This document shows, piece by piece, positions 37,884-51,585 of a stretch of 64,000 nt of DNA (the first letter of the stretch is position 1; every line of letters begins with the position of its first letter). This stretch comes from Azolla caroliniana (Eukaryota > Plantae > Polypodiophyta). The stretch is from positions 1 to 64,000 of the forward strand of contig JBHGNT010000041.1 of NCBI GenBank assembly GCA_043228905.1. The letters are read 5' to 3'. The notes under the pieces are model-generated. The model did no database searches and was not told the DNA's origin. It saw only the letters and a program-made list of their open reading frames with translations. The position numbers and the translations under genes are program-made.

Positions 37884-40800
37884 TTACCCTCGGCGACGAT
37901 ACATCAGAACCTGGAAAAGACTTAAGTTCCTTAGTAACACTTACATTTATGATGTTTTTAATAATGCACATTTGAGATCTTATAAAGTAGACTGATCATA
38001 CCAGGTTACCATGGCAATGCCATAGAACATCATGAATCTGCCCAAGGGTAGCCTCTGGACGAAGTATTCCAGGATTTCTAAAGCTATCACCAGCATCATG
38101 CCCACTTTTCTGTTTCTTCCCATCCATATATAACTCTTGCCCGTCATTACTTCCAAGAACAAGTTCTATCTCTTCATCTGGATGGATCGGTAGGCGGCGT
38201 AGAAGGAACTGAAATCAAAACTTTATATTTTATAGATGCCTAAAACCATAACAAATAAAGAGCCATAAATGGTATATTGAGCTTACCTCACATACATGTC
38301 GCACTGTTACATTTGCCGGACAACACAGGTAAGGCTTCTCAAGGCTAGGGAGTTTATCGTAGGTATCATTATGGTTGAAAGGCTGCAAGGTGAAATGGAC
38401 ATCGAACTGCATAACCAGCAAGAGAAAGATTAAAATCCGTGGCCAATACTCATGAGAAATAACAAAAAGAGTCCATGAAAAAGTTGTAATATACTTCAAT
38501 CTCTTTCTCCATTTGTGAAGCTGCTGAAAGCACATCCAAAAGCAACGTTGCTCGGGCAATTAACCGGTTGTTGCTTATATTTAGATTTCCGTAACGCGCA
38601 GTACTCCGTGAACCAGCCCTAGCCCATGTTGCAAGGCCTTCTAATTTTGCAACATTGCCACTTGATGTTTCTCCTCTGGTTTCTTCATTTCCTCTTCTTG
38701 AAGGTCTGCTAACCTGCACATCACCTTGTTCATCATCACTAGCCTCCAGTTGAAACATTGCTGTCTCTCTTTTTCGCCGTTTGGACCTTCTTTCCCTCGT
38801 GGTGGCTTCAGAACCAAGTGTTTGTTCATAATCCTCCACATAAGGATCCTCGTCTGCACCATAGCCATGGGTTCTGCCCTTACTTTGGTTATCGATGTTC
38901 CGATATTTGCTTTGAGCCCTACGGACAATTGCTGCAGCTGGAACTTTCGCTGTTGTGTAACGTCTTGTGATAGCATCAGATTGACGTTCTAACGTCTCCG
39001 CAATACTTTGTTGAAGCTTCAGTGAACAATCATATTAGTTAAAGAAAATTCAAAAGCAATGTATTCTCTCTCTTTTTTAATGAATCACCTCTTTTTATTA
39101 TTTAGGTAATGGGCATTGTCTTAATAAAATTCATTACACAAAACAATAAAGTAAAGGACAAGTTTGAAGAGTATTATTTGTATAACAAAGATATAGCATA
39201 TGCTGAAAAGACCAAATCAGAAATAATCTTTCCTATCCAAGAGATGAGGTGCGAAGATATATCTCAATGAAGATCTCACACCAGCTGAGGTAGCAACTAC
39301 ACAAGAAAGGAAACATACCAGAAGCGCTCAAAGAAAGAAAGTAGGGAAAATAGTTTTGACTACATGGATGACAAAGCCACTGCTAAGAAGAAAGCAGTAC
39401 AACATTTTCTGGCCATCTATGATACCCTACACATGACTATATGCAATTCATCTGATTCTCTCAGAAGATCTTGTGCTGAAACTTTGAGGATAGCGTCAAG
39501 ACTACAGATATTGCTATGTGCATAGGCACACAAGTGCACTAGAAGCAAACTCCGCATGTAAAGGGATACAAGTCGGAGTCTATATTCCATCCTCCATAGA
39601 TTACTTGATGGTTCTCCATCTCTTCTAACAAAGATAAGAAAGTTCAGTATACCTAGTAGATCTCTTGGATTAGCAGTGACCACACATCTACGCTGGAAAA
39701 GACATGCATTCCCACACACTACACACCACACTCACACATGGTAGAGCTAAACAAAATAGTTGGTATGATGATCAATATTATAGCAGAAGAATTGTAACAA
39801 AAACGTTTCTGCAAGGATACTCACACAGACAAGCAAGATAAACCTTCCGGCGCCTTCTAAGAAACAAGAAAAATGTCAGCACAGTGATGCCCCAAGGCAA
39901 AAGTTTTGCGTGAAGAATCCTGAAAGTAAATCCTTCGATGACCATAAAGATTCAGGTAGAAAATCCTTTTTAAGTTCAAGAAGCCACTCAAGCATGATTT
40001 CAGTCAAGGCAGAACATGAAAAAGGAATTCCAGTGGGAAGACATACCAATAAAGTTTTTGGAATTTTTTTTTTTACCAAGAAAGATAAACTTTGGTGTAA
40101 GAATGGAAATGCTTTATTTGTAAAAACAATGGGCCATCAAAATAGGGAACACAAGTCCATGATGCCAAAGTCAAATCCTTATTCGGACAAATGCCGGAGT
40201 TGTACCGCGCTTAGGGTAAAATCTAGAAACACATGGATATAATTGATTGATTCTGGAGCTTGTACAAATTTTATTTCTCCAAAGTTGGAAGCGAAGTTAG
40301 GTATCTGTGCAGAAAAGATGGAATGTATGGCTGAAGTAGAACTACTATGTCATGGTCAGTCGGAGTCTATTACCCTGATACTCGGAAACAGTGAAGAACC
40401 TTACATTATGCTCTACTGGGAGAGGTACATTCTGAAAGGCCTGAAAATGATACAATTGATTTGGTGCAGGTGTGATCCATCTAACCTACCACCTTACAGG
40501 TAAGTGCGGCCCAGATAAAAGACGTATACAATTCATCTCTTATTGTAGCAGAGGAAAAATGGTTCTTCGAGCATGCATAATGATTACTGTGCACTGAACA
40601 AGAGTACAACCAAAATAGATTTCCAATACCAAGGCTTGATGATATACTTGATCGATTAACACAGGGGGCAATATTGAGCAGGATTGATTTCAAAAGTCGC
40701 TACTGTCAGATTCAGATTACACCTGAGGATGTACATAAGACTCCATTCTTAACTATTGGTGCTACGAATTTCTAGTAATGCCTTGCAGACTTAAAAACCT

Positions 40801-43800
40801 GCTAATTTCAATAGAATAATGTATAGAATTTCATCCATACAGGATTTCATGTGCACATTCTTGATGGCATAATGTACTGTAAGAATGGCCAAGGGCATAT
40901 AGACCATTTCCCTCTGATTTTACAATGACCACTGCAAGGACAGATAGGTTATAAATACGAAGAAAAGTGGTTTCTTTTTAGAAGAGATACAATTGCTCGA
41001 ACACATTGTTTCGAAACTAAGGGGTGCAAATGTATCCTGCCAAAGCCCAAGCAATCAATTCATGGCCATAGAGATACATTTCCTTGGGCTAATTGTTTTG
41101 ATGCAAATGGATACTGCCAGAGTAGAAGCAATTAATTCTTAATCACATTTGAAAATTGTTCACGGTGTTCACAATTTGTTAGATCTATGTGCTGAATTCT
41201 GCAGGAGCCATTAGCAATTTTCTTCTTTCCTAGTATTCCCAGTAGAGAGTACCTTGGAACCTCTACATATAAGAGTTTCCTATTTCATAAAAACGATGAT
41301 CCAAAAACTTCCAAATAAATTACGATCAACTAAGTGCTGGTACAATAACTGGCATGTACCATAGGAATTGCATTGTAATTCAAATCCAACATGTGAACAA
41401 TTCAATTTAGTGCAGCCTCAAATATATTTTTGAATACCAAAAACCTATGCATCCTAGAAGCCAAAAACTTATCAGAATATCTTACCTGCTTATTTCTGCG
41501 TTCATTTTCCTCACGTAATGCAAACTCCTGGAAGATGTTAAAAGATTTGTTGATCAACATATTAGTCATATATTTTATTTTAGACAATTGCAATTATAGA
41601 GATGATCAGTTTCACATCTTATACCTCTTCCTCATATTTATCTACATTTGGGTACAATGCTGCAATGAGAGCATCGAAATTCAAGTCATCTCTGAGAGAC
41701 CGTCTACTTGCACAATGCGTGCGACAAACAGGGCATTCATTATTCCTAAGGAAAAACAAAAACAATGAGGCAAATTTAGAGTGATCAAAACACAAACAAA
41801 ATTATCTGACAGAGAAAGTGAAGTCTATAAATAGATGAAATGTGGCATTTATGACATGAGCATCAATAAAAAGGGACATTCTACCCCAATCTCATGGACT
41901 TGTCTATACATTCCCGGCAAAACCTATGCAGACATTCCATCACAGTCCTTGTTTTCCGAATAATACCTGAGCACCAAAATAGACCATTAATACATATTGC
42001 ATATATACAACTACTACCTGTAAATTTTAAGTAATGCCCAATCACCAGCATACCAAGGCAAATGGGACATTGGACATCCTTTCTGATGTCAGCAAGATCC
42101 ACTTCAACAAACCTAAGATCAATCAAATTTAATTCTTCTTGGTTAATGGTTTTCTAAACTGATAGAAACAGTTTTATAAAAAAATTTAACGACGTACTAC
42201 ATTTGTTTCAGAAAAGTAAAAGCAAAATTCTATTTACATACATTCCCTTAGCGAGAAGTAGGTTATCACACTTTAGAGGATGGAATGGATACTGACGTTA
42301 GCTTGTCTTTTTGTCAAGAGTTTCTTCAAATCTGCAATAGCTGTTTGTAACTTCGCTTCTTTTTTTATAAAACAGCATATGGAACCTTTTCCATGAAGGA
42401 GAAGAGGGATAAACTGGGACAAGAGTGTGCATCCCATATTATTATGGTGAAAGAGCTATCATATGGTCTTTACAAATCTATTCTCACAAAAGGGATTGGA
42501 TGAAAAACAAAAAAGTAGTATCACAGCTCTAGTATCTCAGTCTGAGAGGCACTGTGCAAAATGAACCACTATGGTGTACTATACCTCCAAACAATGTCTC
42601 CATGAGGCGAAATCTAAGAACGGGGAGAGTGCCCCAATAAATGAGGAAAACCCGCATTTGTTCCTCAAATTCCCTTGATGAGCCAGCGGAAGCACCCCAC
42701 TATCTCCTTGAGGTGTGAATGAGCGCATGCCAGTCACCAGACTGTGTCTAGAATCATTGTGGTGGAATGAGCCTCATCACTGAGAATGTGAGAACATCAG
42801 CTCTTCCAAATACACCATAAATCAATACTAGCAGATACGTTCTGTCCTTCCAATACAATTCGGCCTTTGTATGATATAAGACTCCAATTTTACAATGCAG
42901 TTATATTTTTCTCCTCCTTGCTTTTATGACAGTTTTGCATAAATTCATAACATCTTTTGTTTAGGACTTTTTTGGCATACAAAACCGGCATAGATATAGG
43001 TGCTTGAATAATTTCACAGCGATAAAGGTGATTCATGGATAGAGACTAACAAGAAATCGAACCCCAATGACATACAGCAATTTGGAAGAAATGATCAAGG
43101 TATTCTCACATATTTGAGAGCATGGGAGGGTATACCCTGGATTTTATGAAATCCCAGTTAGTTACCTACCAGGCAGAAAGAGCTGCAGAAAGAGTGACTT
43201 TCAATTAATGAGCAGCATGTGGGTGGTTTTTGTGCTCAGAAACAGGTTTTAAAGAGCGAGAATCCTCTAAAGCTTCAGAATAGAGAGCTTCTCGTTGGGT
43301 CTGTTAGATTGACTTCACAACTTTAGGCAACATGTCTAATGCAGTCCAGCTTTTCTGGTGGAAATTGATGAAGTCAGTAATATACATTAACTTAAAGTAG
43401 CATATGTCATGCACACTAACACCCACTTCTTCAAAATACATATTTTTCCAAGAATAACAGGAAGAAGGGCATCTGTCTTCTACTATCAAACTTAGGTGCT
43501 GTAATACAATCTGATACCTGGCATGACATGAAGTTACAGTTTAGAATGTCGAAAGATAATATTGTTTTGGCAACCAGACTCGAAAAAGGAGATTATCTTT
43601 CAAATGAGGTAGTGGAAAGCGCAATTGAAGTCTGATAATAGTTACTCAAGAAAATTCAAGCAAAATGCATACAAGATGTAATTCAAGTCTAAATGTACTC
43701 GAGGCAGATGTGGGTTCGCGACTGAAATTTCTGTGTGATGTATCTAGTTGGCCTCACAACGCATCCACTTCTGACATGAGATGACTATCAGAATTGTATG

Positions 43801-44774
43801 TTGCTTTACATATGTACTCAGCCTCATGGCATGTCCACTTACACCTTCAAAAAATTGAGGAATGCACCTCATGAATGGGATAAGGTGTGGTTTCATGACA
43901 CTGTGCAGAATCAGGTACACAAAGGTTGACAGAAACTTCACACTTCGATTCCTTTCTCTGTCCCTTTTGAAAGGAATGTTTTATATCTGCGTTATTGTAG
44001 GTAAATCCTTCTACAGACAGTACTTCCAACACTCATGAAAAAGTCTGATCTTTCCATCAATCTGTATATGCGGATTTTGTCAGAAAAAGTTTGAAGCGGC
44101 CATGAAACTGACCAAAAAAGTGGATGATTTTTTATCCACAAATCTGAATTCCACACATATATGCAGAGCTCTTGTAGCCAGAAGGAAGCATTGCCATTGT
44201 TGATGAGAATGCAGTTAAGACTATGTAAGTATCGGAGTTAGATGTATGTTTGTCTGTCATTAAGACTGTGTAAATCATCTCGAGAGAAACACATACACCA
44301 TTACACATTGACTGTGTTGATTCATCAGATGCAGGAAAGGAGTTTGGGTAGACCCTTAGTTGATCAAATCAATTTGGAACGTAAAAGAAACAGAAAAGGG
44401 AGTGGGGAGGAAATGAGAGACATACTCTTCTTGGAGATTGCTATGGGGCGAACAGTTCTTAGCACCTGCAAATTAAGATCACAGAAAGGAATAAAACACT
44501 TTGTAATACATTTCTCATCCTCAATGCCAGAAAATCAGTTGGGACGGGCCAAATTTACATACTTTTCTCGGCTGCTGCTTCGTCACCTGCGGAGGAAATG
44601 TCGTCTTCTTCTAGGGTTACATCGGCCTTCACAGTCTCTGTTTCTTCTTCTTCTTCTTCTTCTTCTTCTTCTCCATCTTCTTCTTCTTCATCTTCTGCTT
44701 CAGCTTCTGCTTCTCCATCTTCTGCTTCTGCTTCTGCTTCTGCTTCTTCTGTACCGTCATCATCATCACCTTCT

Positions 44775-44806
<32 letters not shown>

Positions 44807-45493
44807 TCCTTCTCCTTCTCCTTCTCCTTCTCCTTCTCCTTCTCCTTCTCCTTCTCCTTCTCCTTCTCCTTCTCCTTCTAATTCTTCTTCTTCTTCTTCT
44901 TCTTCTGCTACTGTTGCTGTTTCTGCGTCTTCTTCTTCTTCTGCTGCTTCTTCTATTTTAGCTTTAGTTCGCACTTCTGCATTTGCTTCTTCATCTTCCT
45001 CCTCCACATCCTTTTCTTCTCCTTCGCTTCCTTCTCTTCTTTCTTCTTCTTCTTCTCCTCCTTCATCATCTCCATCTCCATCTCCATCTCCATCTTCATC
45101 TTCATCTTCATCGCCATCTCCATCTCCATCTCCATCTCCATCTCCCTCTCCATCTCCGTCTCCATCTCCATCTCCGTCTCCATCTCCGTCTCCATCTCCG
45201 TCTCCATATCCCTCTTCGTCTCCATCTCCGTCTCCATCTCCATCTCCGTCTCCATCTCCATCTCCGTCTCCATCTCCATCGTCATCTCCATCGTCATCTT
45301 CATCTTCATCTTCATCTTCGCCATCTTCCGCGCCTGCATATTTCACATCCGATTGCGCCTCCTTCTCCACAACTTCACTGATCAAAGCCAAGCTACCATG
45401 GCAAACCTCGTCTTTGCCAGGGAATTCATGGACAGGAGGAGAATGGAGGGGACGACCCTCAACAAGATCCTCCTCCTCCATGGACACGACCAT
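37884..45493 (-). CDS. RING1: PRC1 E3 ubiquitin ligase RING1-like protein, 10 exons, about 716 aa
   Basis: Exons 45493-44563, 44465-44426, 42112-42054, 41966-41885, 41745-41625, 41527-41486, 39016-38495, 38406-38287, 38208-38002 and 37910-37884, all GT-AG with consistent phases. RING: [61 protein letters not shown]-like C-terminus: [11 protein letters not shown]. Confidence 0.92.
39700..41070 (+). mobile_element. Ancient Ty3/gypsy remnant inside a RING1 intron
   Basis: Protease-like [12 protein letters not shown] at about 40243 and RT-like [15 protein letters not shown]...SRIDFKS at about 40615-40700, heavily frameshifted. Confidence 0.65.
42950..44250 (+). mobile_element. Possible highly decayed LINE RT remnant in RING1 intron 2
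   Basis: Only a faint, out-of-frame resemblance to the L1 ORF2 motif order. Confidence 0.25.
44640..45325. repeat. Coding microsatellites (TCT)n, (TCTCCT)n, (TCTCCA/G)n
   Basis: They encode poly-E, (GE)n and (GD)n in RING1 exon 1. Confidence 0.9.
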
Positions 45494-45939
45494 CTAATCT
45501 AATCTCTCTAGCTCACCATCATCATCACCATGACCATCATGAAATCAATTCATCACCCCCACCACCACCACCATCACCATCACCATCACCATCATTATCA
45601 TCATCATAATCGCCCACATCACCATATCATCAGCATGAAGATGGATCGCAGGGAATGAATGATGCGAGGGGGCCTAGATTACCTTCTGCACACACACACG
45701 CACACGCACACAGAAAGAGTGAGAGAGAGTGAGAGAATCTGTCTTTCTTCTTCTTCTTCTTCTTCCAGATTTCCTGAAGAAGCTGACAAGATGCAATGCA
45801 AGGTAGAAGAATATATATGTTATGTATGTAAATATATGTATGTATGTATGTATATATATCTGTGGGAGGGGGAGGTGGTGCAAAAACAGGCAGCACCACT
45901 AGATGGAGATGGAGATGGAGATGGGTTTGGCTGGCTTCC

Positions 45940-46540
45940 TATGGTGGACTTGGTCTTGCCTCCCCGGCCCCACTTGACCTTGACCTTGACCTTGACCTTC
46001 CTTTGTCCTTGACCTTGACCTCACCCTCGCCCATGCTCTTCGTCCGCCACGTCTGTTTGTCTATGTCGCTTCCGGTGGTGGACTTAGTTTGTGCCACCCC
46101 GGTCCCACTTGACCTTGACCTTGACCTTGACCTTGCTTTGTCCTTGTCCTGGTCCATGTCCTTGACCTTGACCTTTGATCTTTGTCCTTGTCCTTGTCCA
46201 TGTCCTTGACCTTGACCTTTGATCTTTGTCCTTGTCCATGGCCTTGACCTTGACCTCACCCTCGCCCTCGCCCATGCTCTTGATCCGCCACATATGTTTG
46301 TCTATGTCGCTTCTAGTGGTGAACTTGGTCTCCTACTTGTCCTTTGACCTAGACCTTTTGACTGTCTTGACCTTGACCTTTTGACCGTGTCCTTGACCTT
46401 GACCTTTGATCTTTGTCCTTGTCCATATCCTTGACCTTGACCTCGCCCTCGCCCATGCTCTTGATCCGCCACGTCCGTTTGTCTATCTCTCTTCCCCCCT
46501 TACTACATTTCTTTTTTTACCTTGACCTTTGACCTTTGCC
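45940..46540. repeat. Compound (GACCTT)n/(GTCCTT)n repeat with three copies of a roughly 60-bp spacer, upstream of RING1
   Basis: ccctcgcccatgctctt..tccgccac.t.tgtttgtctat at about 46025, 46266 and 46447, separated by hexamer runs. Confidence 0.8.
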
Positions 46541-48356
46541 CATGTTCCTGGTCTGTCACATCTTCTCCTCCTCGGATCCATGATGTTTTTCCTTCATCTC
46601 TGCCCTTGCCACCTTTCTTTCGCTAGACTTCGTCGTGTGACTTCTTCATATTTGCCCTCGGACCCTCACCTTATAGCAGACTCTAGCCTTTGTCTCATGT
46701 CGATTGGGCAATTGATCAATCCCAAACTCGTCCTCACACCAACCTTAGGTGAAGAGATCAGACCTTGGTACTACTCCAATACCTTTGTGAGGATTTCATT
46801 ATTAGTCAATTGAGATTGAACCTAAGTAAATCCCATTGTTTGAGTTTCCTTGGTAATGGATACATACAAATAGACCATCAGCTAGATGAGCCCTTCTTTA
46901 AGCATTTGTGAACACTAGGGCCAAAGTTATAGTTACAAGGTAATCAAGTCTTTGTAGTGGTGGATTAGTAGATATGGTGTCAACATTTGAAAGAGGCATT
47001 GGCTATGCGCAGACATCCTAGAGTAGTGTAACTAGATGGAGGCCTAGTAGGTGTACTAGTGTTTCTACTAACATTAGGTCCAAAAGCTACCTAAGTTCTT
47101 AACAATAACATGAGAAAGGAATAGATGTAGACAGTAGAGGTTTACACTCACAAAGTTCAAATCCATACATATGGATGGCTATTATCTTCCATTCTCTTAA
47201 GACCACTATGAGTTTTCATATGCATATTCCCACTTTGTTTTAATTGCATAATAACTTTTTATATACTAGTACTTTCATTTACGCTAGTTGACTAATGTAG
47301 GCTACACAACATGGTTGTTTTTGTAAGTCTTGAGGATTTCCAATATTGTCTCGAGAAAGGTACATTATTAGTCAATGGAAATTATGATTATCCTTTCCAA
47401 GTGAGTCATCACATTGCCATGCGTTGTTGTTATGTCCTTACTATATATGAATGAAAACTTTGCATCTTGGATGTCTCTTTGTATTGTCTGAATATGTAAC
47501 TTCTAACTTTGTCTTTTTATGGGTCAAATTCCCAGATTCCCTCATTCATCTGCATCTAGCAAAGCATAAAAGATAAAATTTGCTACCTTTAACATCATCC
47601 ACCTCATCTAAAGCCTAGGTAGGATGAAAAAAAAAGAATCATATTAAAGCTTGACTCCTTGTTTCTTTATGTGGCACACCATTTGTGGGACCATTTGTCA
47701 TCTTCCCCAAAGACCCTCTATAGTTCCTCTTAATGGTCACATTTTTGTCATCTCTTTCTTTTCACATTGTGCTGCATTTGCAACAATATTAAATTTTATA
47801 GTTTGGCTATGCTTAGACTTGTCTTGCCCCTCGCTTGCCACATGTATTAAGATTCAAAACTATATAGTTACAAACACTATGGGGAATTAAGTATTCAATT
47901 CCCAAGAGAGAGGGATAGAGTAGCGCACACTCTTTGTATACATGTGTTGGATGTGTGTTTACACATGAATGCCCTTGTTGGCCATAATGCTCACAAGCCC
48001 AAAGCAACTTTGTTCACCTTCGATCCAAAAGACTGTAGATAATGTGTTGGTTGGTAAACGCAGGAAGGAAAGCTTTTTTGTCCATGATTATGTACCATAC
48101 ACATGGATGCACTTCCTTGCATTCGGTTTGGTTCCGGCCTAAAGAACAATTCCCTCGGAACGGGGGTGATAGAGAGGATTAAACTTTGAAGCTAGGTTAT
48201 GATCATATTTCTCATATCATTGAAGGTGAGTCTTTATCATCATTCCAGATTTATGTATTGGTATCACCAATCTTGTATATTTAGTGATGGTTTCTCTTCA
48301 TATGTTCACTTTGGCAACTTCCAATATGTCATGAAATTTGTCAAGTTGATCTAAAC

Positions 48357-50891
48357 CTATCCACAATCTATACATTGGAATGACCATGTTTTAGATGTTT
48401 TCCATGCACCCTTTTCTTCTCTCAAGGCATCGATCTTCTCCACCTCCTCTTTCATCCCACATGTGGCATAAAGATTACTTAGACAAACATAAGCAGTTGC
48501 ATCCATCACATCGATTTGAAGTGCATGTTCAAAGGCAAACCTTGCTACCTTCACATTTCCCCATTTTTGGCACGCACCCAAAACACTGTGCCATATTGAC
48601 ATGTTAGCAACGTATGGCATCTGTTTTATTATTGAAATTACTTTGTCCAAGTGTCCTGCACGCCCAAAAAGATCAATCATACAAGCATGGTGCTCTAAAG
48701 TCGGCATTATGCCATAAACTTCGCTAATAGATTCAAAGTATACTTCACCCTTGTCAAGTAAACCTGAATGGCTACATAAATTGAGTAAAATTGTAAATGT
48801 CGCCAAATCTGGTATCTTCCCTTCATTTACCAAATTTCCAACTAGTTTAAATACCATGTATTCCTTTCCGAGCTGACTAAATCCCGAAATTAATGAAGTC
48901 CACGAAACTACATCCCGAACATTCATTTTGTCAAAAACTTCTGTTGCTTCCATTAGCATCCCACAGCTCCCATACATGTCGATCAATGCGTTATCAACGA
49001 CGATATCAACTTCTAACAACCCATCCTTTACCATCTCAGCATGTATTTCTTGGCCCTTATGCAAAGCTCCAACGCAGCCGCAGCTTTTCAACACACAAGC
49101 AAGGGTAACTGCATCTGGAGAAATGTCATCGAAACGCATTCTTTCAAAAAGATGAAGTGCTTCTTGAGCATACCCATGTTGGACGCATCCAGCAATAATT
49201 GCACCCCAAGTAATAACATCACGAACCTGAAGATTGTCGAAAACTTCCCTCGCTTCCAGTAGTGCACCACATTTTCCATACATATCAATCAATGCATTGC
49301 TGAGAGCAGTGTCATTTGCTAATATCCCCCGTCTGATAATCTCGGCATGTATTTCTTGTCCCTTAGACAAGCCTTCTATTCTGCCACATGCTTTCAAAAT
49401 GCAAGAGAATGTGCTTTCGTTTGGTTCATAGCCCTTGTGTTGCATCTGCTCAAAACACTTATATGCCTGCTCAGTCTCACCATTTTGAACGTAACCTGAT
49501 ATGAGTGCATTCCATGAGACGACATCTCTTACTGACAAATTGCCAAAGACTTCTTGCGCTTTTGCAAGTGCACCACATTTCCCATACATATCCAACAATG
49601 CATTTCCGACCATGACATCTTTTTCTAGCAACCCATCTCTTATTACCTCTAAATGTATTTCTTGGCCCTTATCTAAGATTCCTTGATTTCCACAAGCTTT
49701 CAAGATACTAGCAAAGGTAACTGCATTTGGAGACACACCTTCACGCTTCATTTGTTCAAAACAATCAATCGCCTCCGTGTCATATCCAAATTGTGTGTAT
49801 CCTGCTATAAGTGCACTCCATGAAACCACATCTCGAAATGGAAGCTGATCAAACACTTCTTGAGCTTTTTCCAGAAGACCACATTTCCCATACATATCTA
49901 TTAAGGCAGTGCCAAGCACTATATCTTTCTTCAAAAACCCTTCACTCGCAATCTTTGCATGTATCTCTTGGCCTGTATAAGACGCTCCGATGCTCCCACA
50001 AGCTTTCAACACACTAACAAAAGTGATAGCATTCGGAGATACACCTTCACGTTGCATTTGTTCAAAATGCTTCAGTGCCTCTACACCATTCCCATGTTGA
50101 GCATACGCTGTAATGATAGCACTCCAAGAGACAACATCTCGAACTGAAAGTTTGTCAAATATCTCTTGAGATTTACCAAGAAGACCACATTTAGCATACA
50201 TATCCACCAATGCAGTGCCAACCATAGGATTGTTAACAAGCATATTACCCTCTCCGACAACCGCTGCATGTATTTCTTGGCCCTTATCTGCTGCTTTTAT
50301 GATTCCACAAGCTTTCAAGGCACAAAGATACGTGACGATATCAGGGCACATGCCCTCGCATAGCATTCTTCCAAAATATTTCAATGCCTCTTCACCATAC
50401 CCATGTTGGGTATATCCTGTAATGATTGCATTCCAAGAGATTCCATTACGAAACCGGAAATATTCAAATACTTCTTGTGCATTTAGGAGCGCGCCACACT
50501 TGGCATACATACTAATCAAAGAACTACAAATATAAACATTTTTTTCGAGCAAGCCCTGCTCAGCAAGATCCCGATGTATTCTACTTCCCCTATGCAAATC
50601 TTTCTGCTTTGCACATACCTTCAATAAAGCAATGAAATGACTATCCTCATCACATTTCTCATAGTTACAGCTGTTGCTAAGAAGAAATGCCTGTTGCTCC
50701 TCTTCCTTCTTGTGGAAATCTTCTCTTGTTGTGTAATTTACTTTTTTCCTCGTTGTCATCTTCAGCTCCTGAAAATCACTGCTAATGCTGTGTTTGAAAG
50801 GGGAGTTTTTCTGCTGTGAGAAATAACAAGGGAATGCATGAGCAGGTAAGGAATCGCTTATGAAACTGGTAATTCCACATTGGACACCCAT
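48357..50891 (-). CDS. PLS-class pentatricopeptide repeat protein, E subgroup (no DYW); probable organellar RNA editing factor
   Basis: Intronless 844-aa ORF with repeated ALIDMYGKCG..A.EVFD...RDVVSW and P.AVTF...LKACG triplets, plus E motifs (HHACMIDLFGRAG, WHSVLGAC, YVCLSNLY). There is no HSE/CxxC deaminase. Confidence 0.93.
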   Translation of the reverse strand: MGVQCGITSFISDSLPAHAFPCYFSQQKNSPFKHSISSDFQELKMTTRKKVNYTTREDFHKKEEEQQAFLLSNSCNYEKCDEDSHFIALLKVCAKQKDLHRGSRIHRDLAEQGLLEKNVYICSSLISMYAKCGALLNAQEVFEYFRFRNGISWNAIITGYTQHGYGEEALKYFGRMLCEGMCPDIVTYLCALKACGIIKAADKGQEIHAAVVGEGNMLVNNPMVGTALVDMYAKCGLLGKSQEIFDKLSVRDVVSWSAIITAYAQHGNGVEALKHFEQMQREGVSPNAITFVSVLKACGSIGASYTGQEIHAKIASEGFLKKDIVLGTALIDMYGKCGLLEKAQEVFDQLPFRDVVSWSALIAGYTQFGYDTEAIDCFEQMKREGVSPNAVTFASILKACGNQGILDKGQEIHLEVIRDGLLEKDVMVGNALLDMYGKCGALAKAQEVFGNLSVRDVVSWNALISGYVQNGETEQAYKCFEQMQHKGYEPNESTFSCILKACGRIEGLSKGQEIHAEIIRRGILANDTALSNALIDMYGKCGALLEAREVFDNLQVRDVITWGAIIAGCVQHGYAQEALHLFERMRFDDISPDAVTLACVLKSCGCVGALHKGQEIHAEMVKDGLLEVDIVVDNALIDMYGSCGMLMEATEVFDKMNVRDVVSWTSLISGFSQLGKEYMVFKLVGNLVNEGKIPDLATFTILLNLCSHSGLLDKGEVYFESISEVYGIMPTLEHHACMIDLFGRAGHLDKVISIIKQMPYVANMSIWHSVLGACQKWGNVKVARFAFEHALQIDVMDATAYVCLSNLYATCGMKEEVEKIDALREEKGAWKTSKTWSFQCIDCG

Positions 50892-51512
50892 TCAGCAAAT
50901 TCTTGCACGATTTTTCGGTCGATCTTATGCCATTTTGATCGATATCAAGCAATCCTTCAGTCGATCACTTGCGATTCTCGTACAGGGGAGGGGTTACACA
51001 GTTTCCAATCGAACTTACGATATTTCTCAACATTTTTTAGTCTTCTACATGCTTCTCTTACTTCTGCTCTAATTCCTCCATCGCCCACACATCATCATCC
51101 TTCATGATTTTCCTCCCTGCTTCCCTTTGGCCTCAGCTACACCTGTGTTTCCATAGCCAAGGCCTTCATCTTTCTTCTCTCCTTCTTCTTTTCCTTCTTC
51201 TTTCCACGGCTAATTCTTGGAAGAAGATTAGAGAAAGATATGGGGATTATATCATGAATCTTCTCTCCTTCTCCTTCTTTTTCTTCTTCTTTCCATGGCT
51301 AATTCTTGGAAGAAGATTAGAGAAAGACATCAATTGGGGATGGATTATATCATGAATAAATTTAGCTCTTGAAGCGAAAGAAGATCAAAGAAGGAGACAT
51401 AGTGTGAACGCGTCCGCTTTACACACACCGATGATGGCCGCTACTTCTCTTCACCGAAAAGACAAAGTCCCTATAGGCCCGAGGGGATCGATTCTGGCAT
51501 AGTAAAGTGGGA

Positions 51513-51585
51513 GTCGGCCTAGCTCAGATGGTAGAGTGTAAGGCTCTTAAACTTCTGGTCATGGGTTCGAGCCCCATGGCCGATG
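51513..51585 (+). tRNA. tRNA-Lys(CTT), probable pseudogene (one of the two best-preserved units; the second is 51619-51691)
   Basis: The 73-nt cloverleaf has paired acceptor, D and T stems and intact A/B boxes. The anticodon stem has two mismatches and no oligo-T terminator follows. Confidence 0.55.

Noticed and set aside
44242-45497. Leu-rich, Ser/Pro-rich, His/Leu-rich and Met/Glu-rich ORFs
   Set aside because: They are alternative frames of the coding microsatellites. Only the acidic minus-strand frame splices in phase to the RING exons.
45939-46293. SR splicing-factor-like ORF
   Set aside because: The RS dipeptides come from (AAGGTC)n. There is no RRM and no ATG-supported gene structure.
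48357-48420. DYW deaminase domain on the PPR protein
   Set aside because: The ORF ends shortly after the E motifs with no HxE/CxxC signature in the proper context. The terminal CIDCG is not supported by other DYW motifs.
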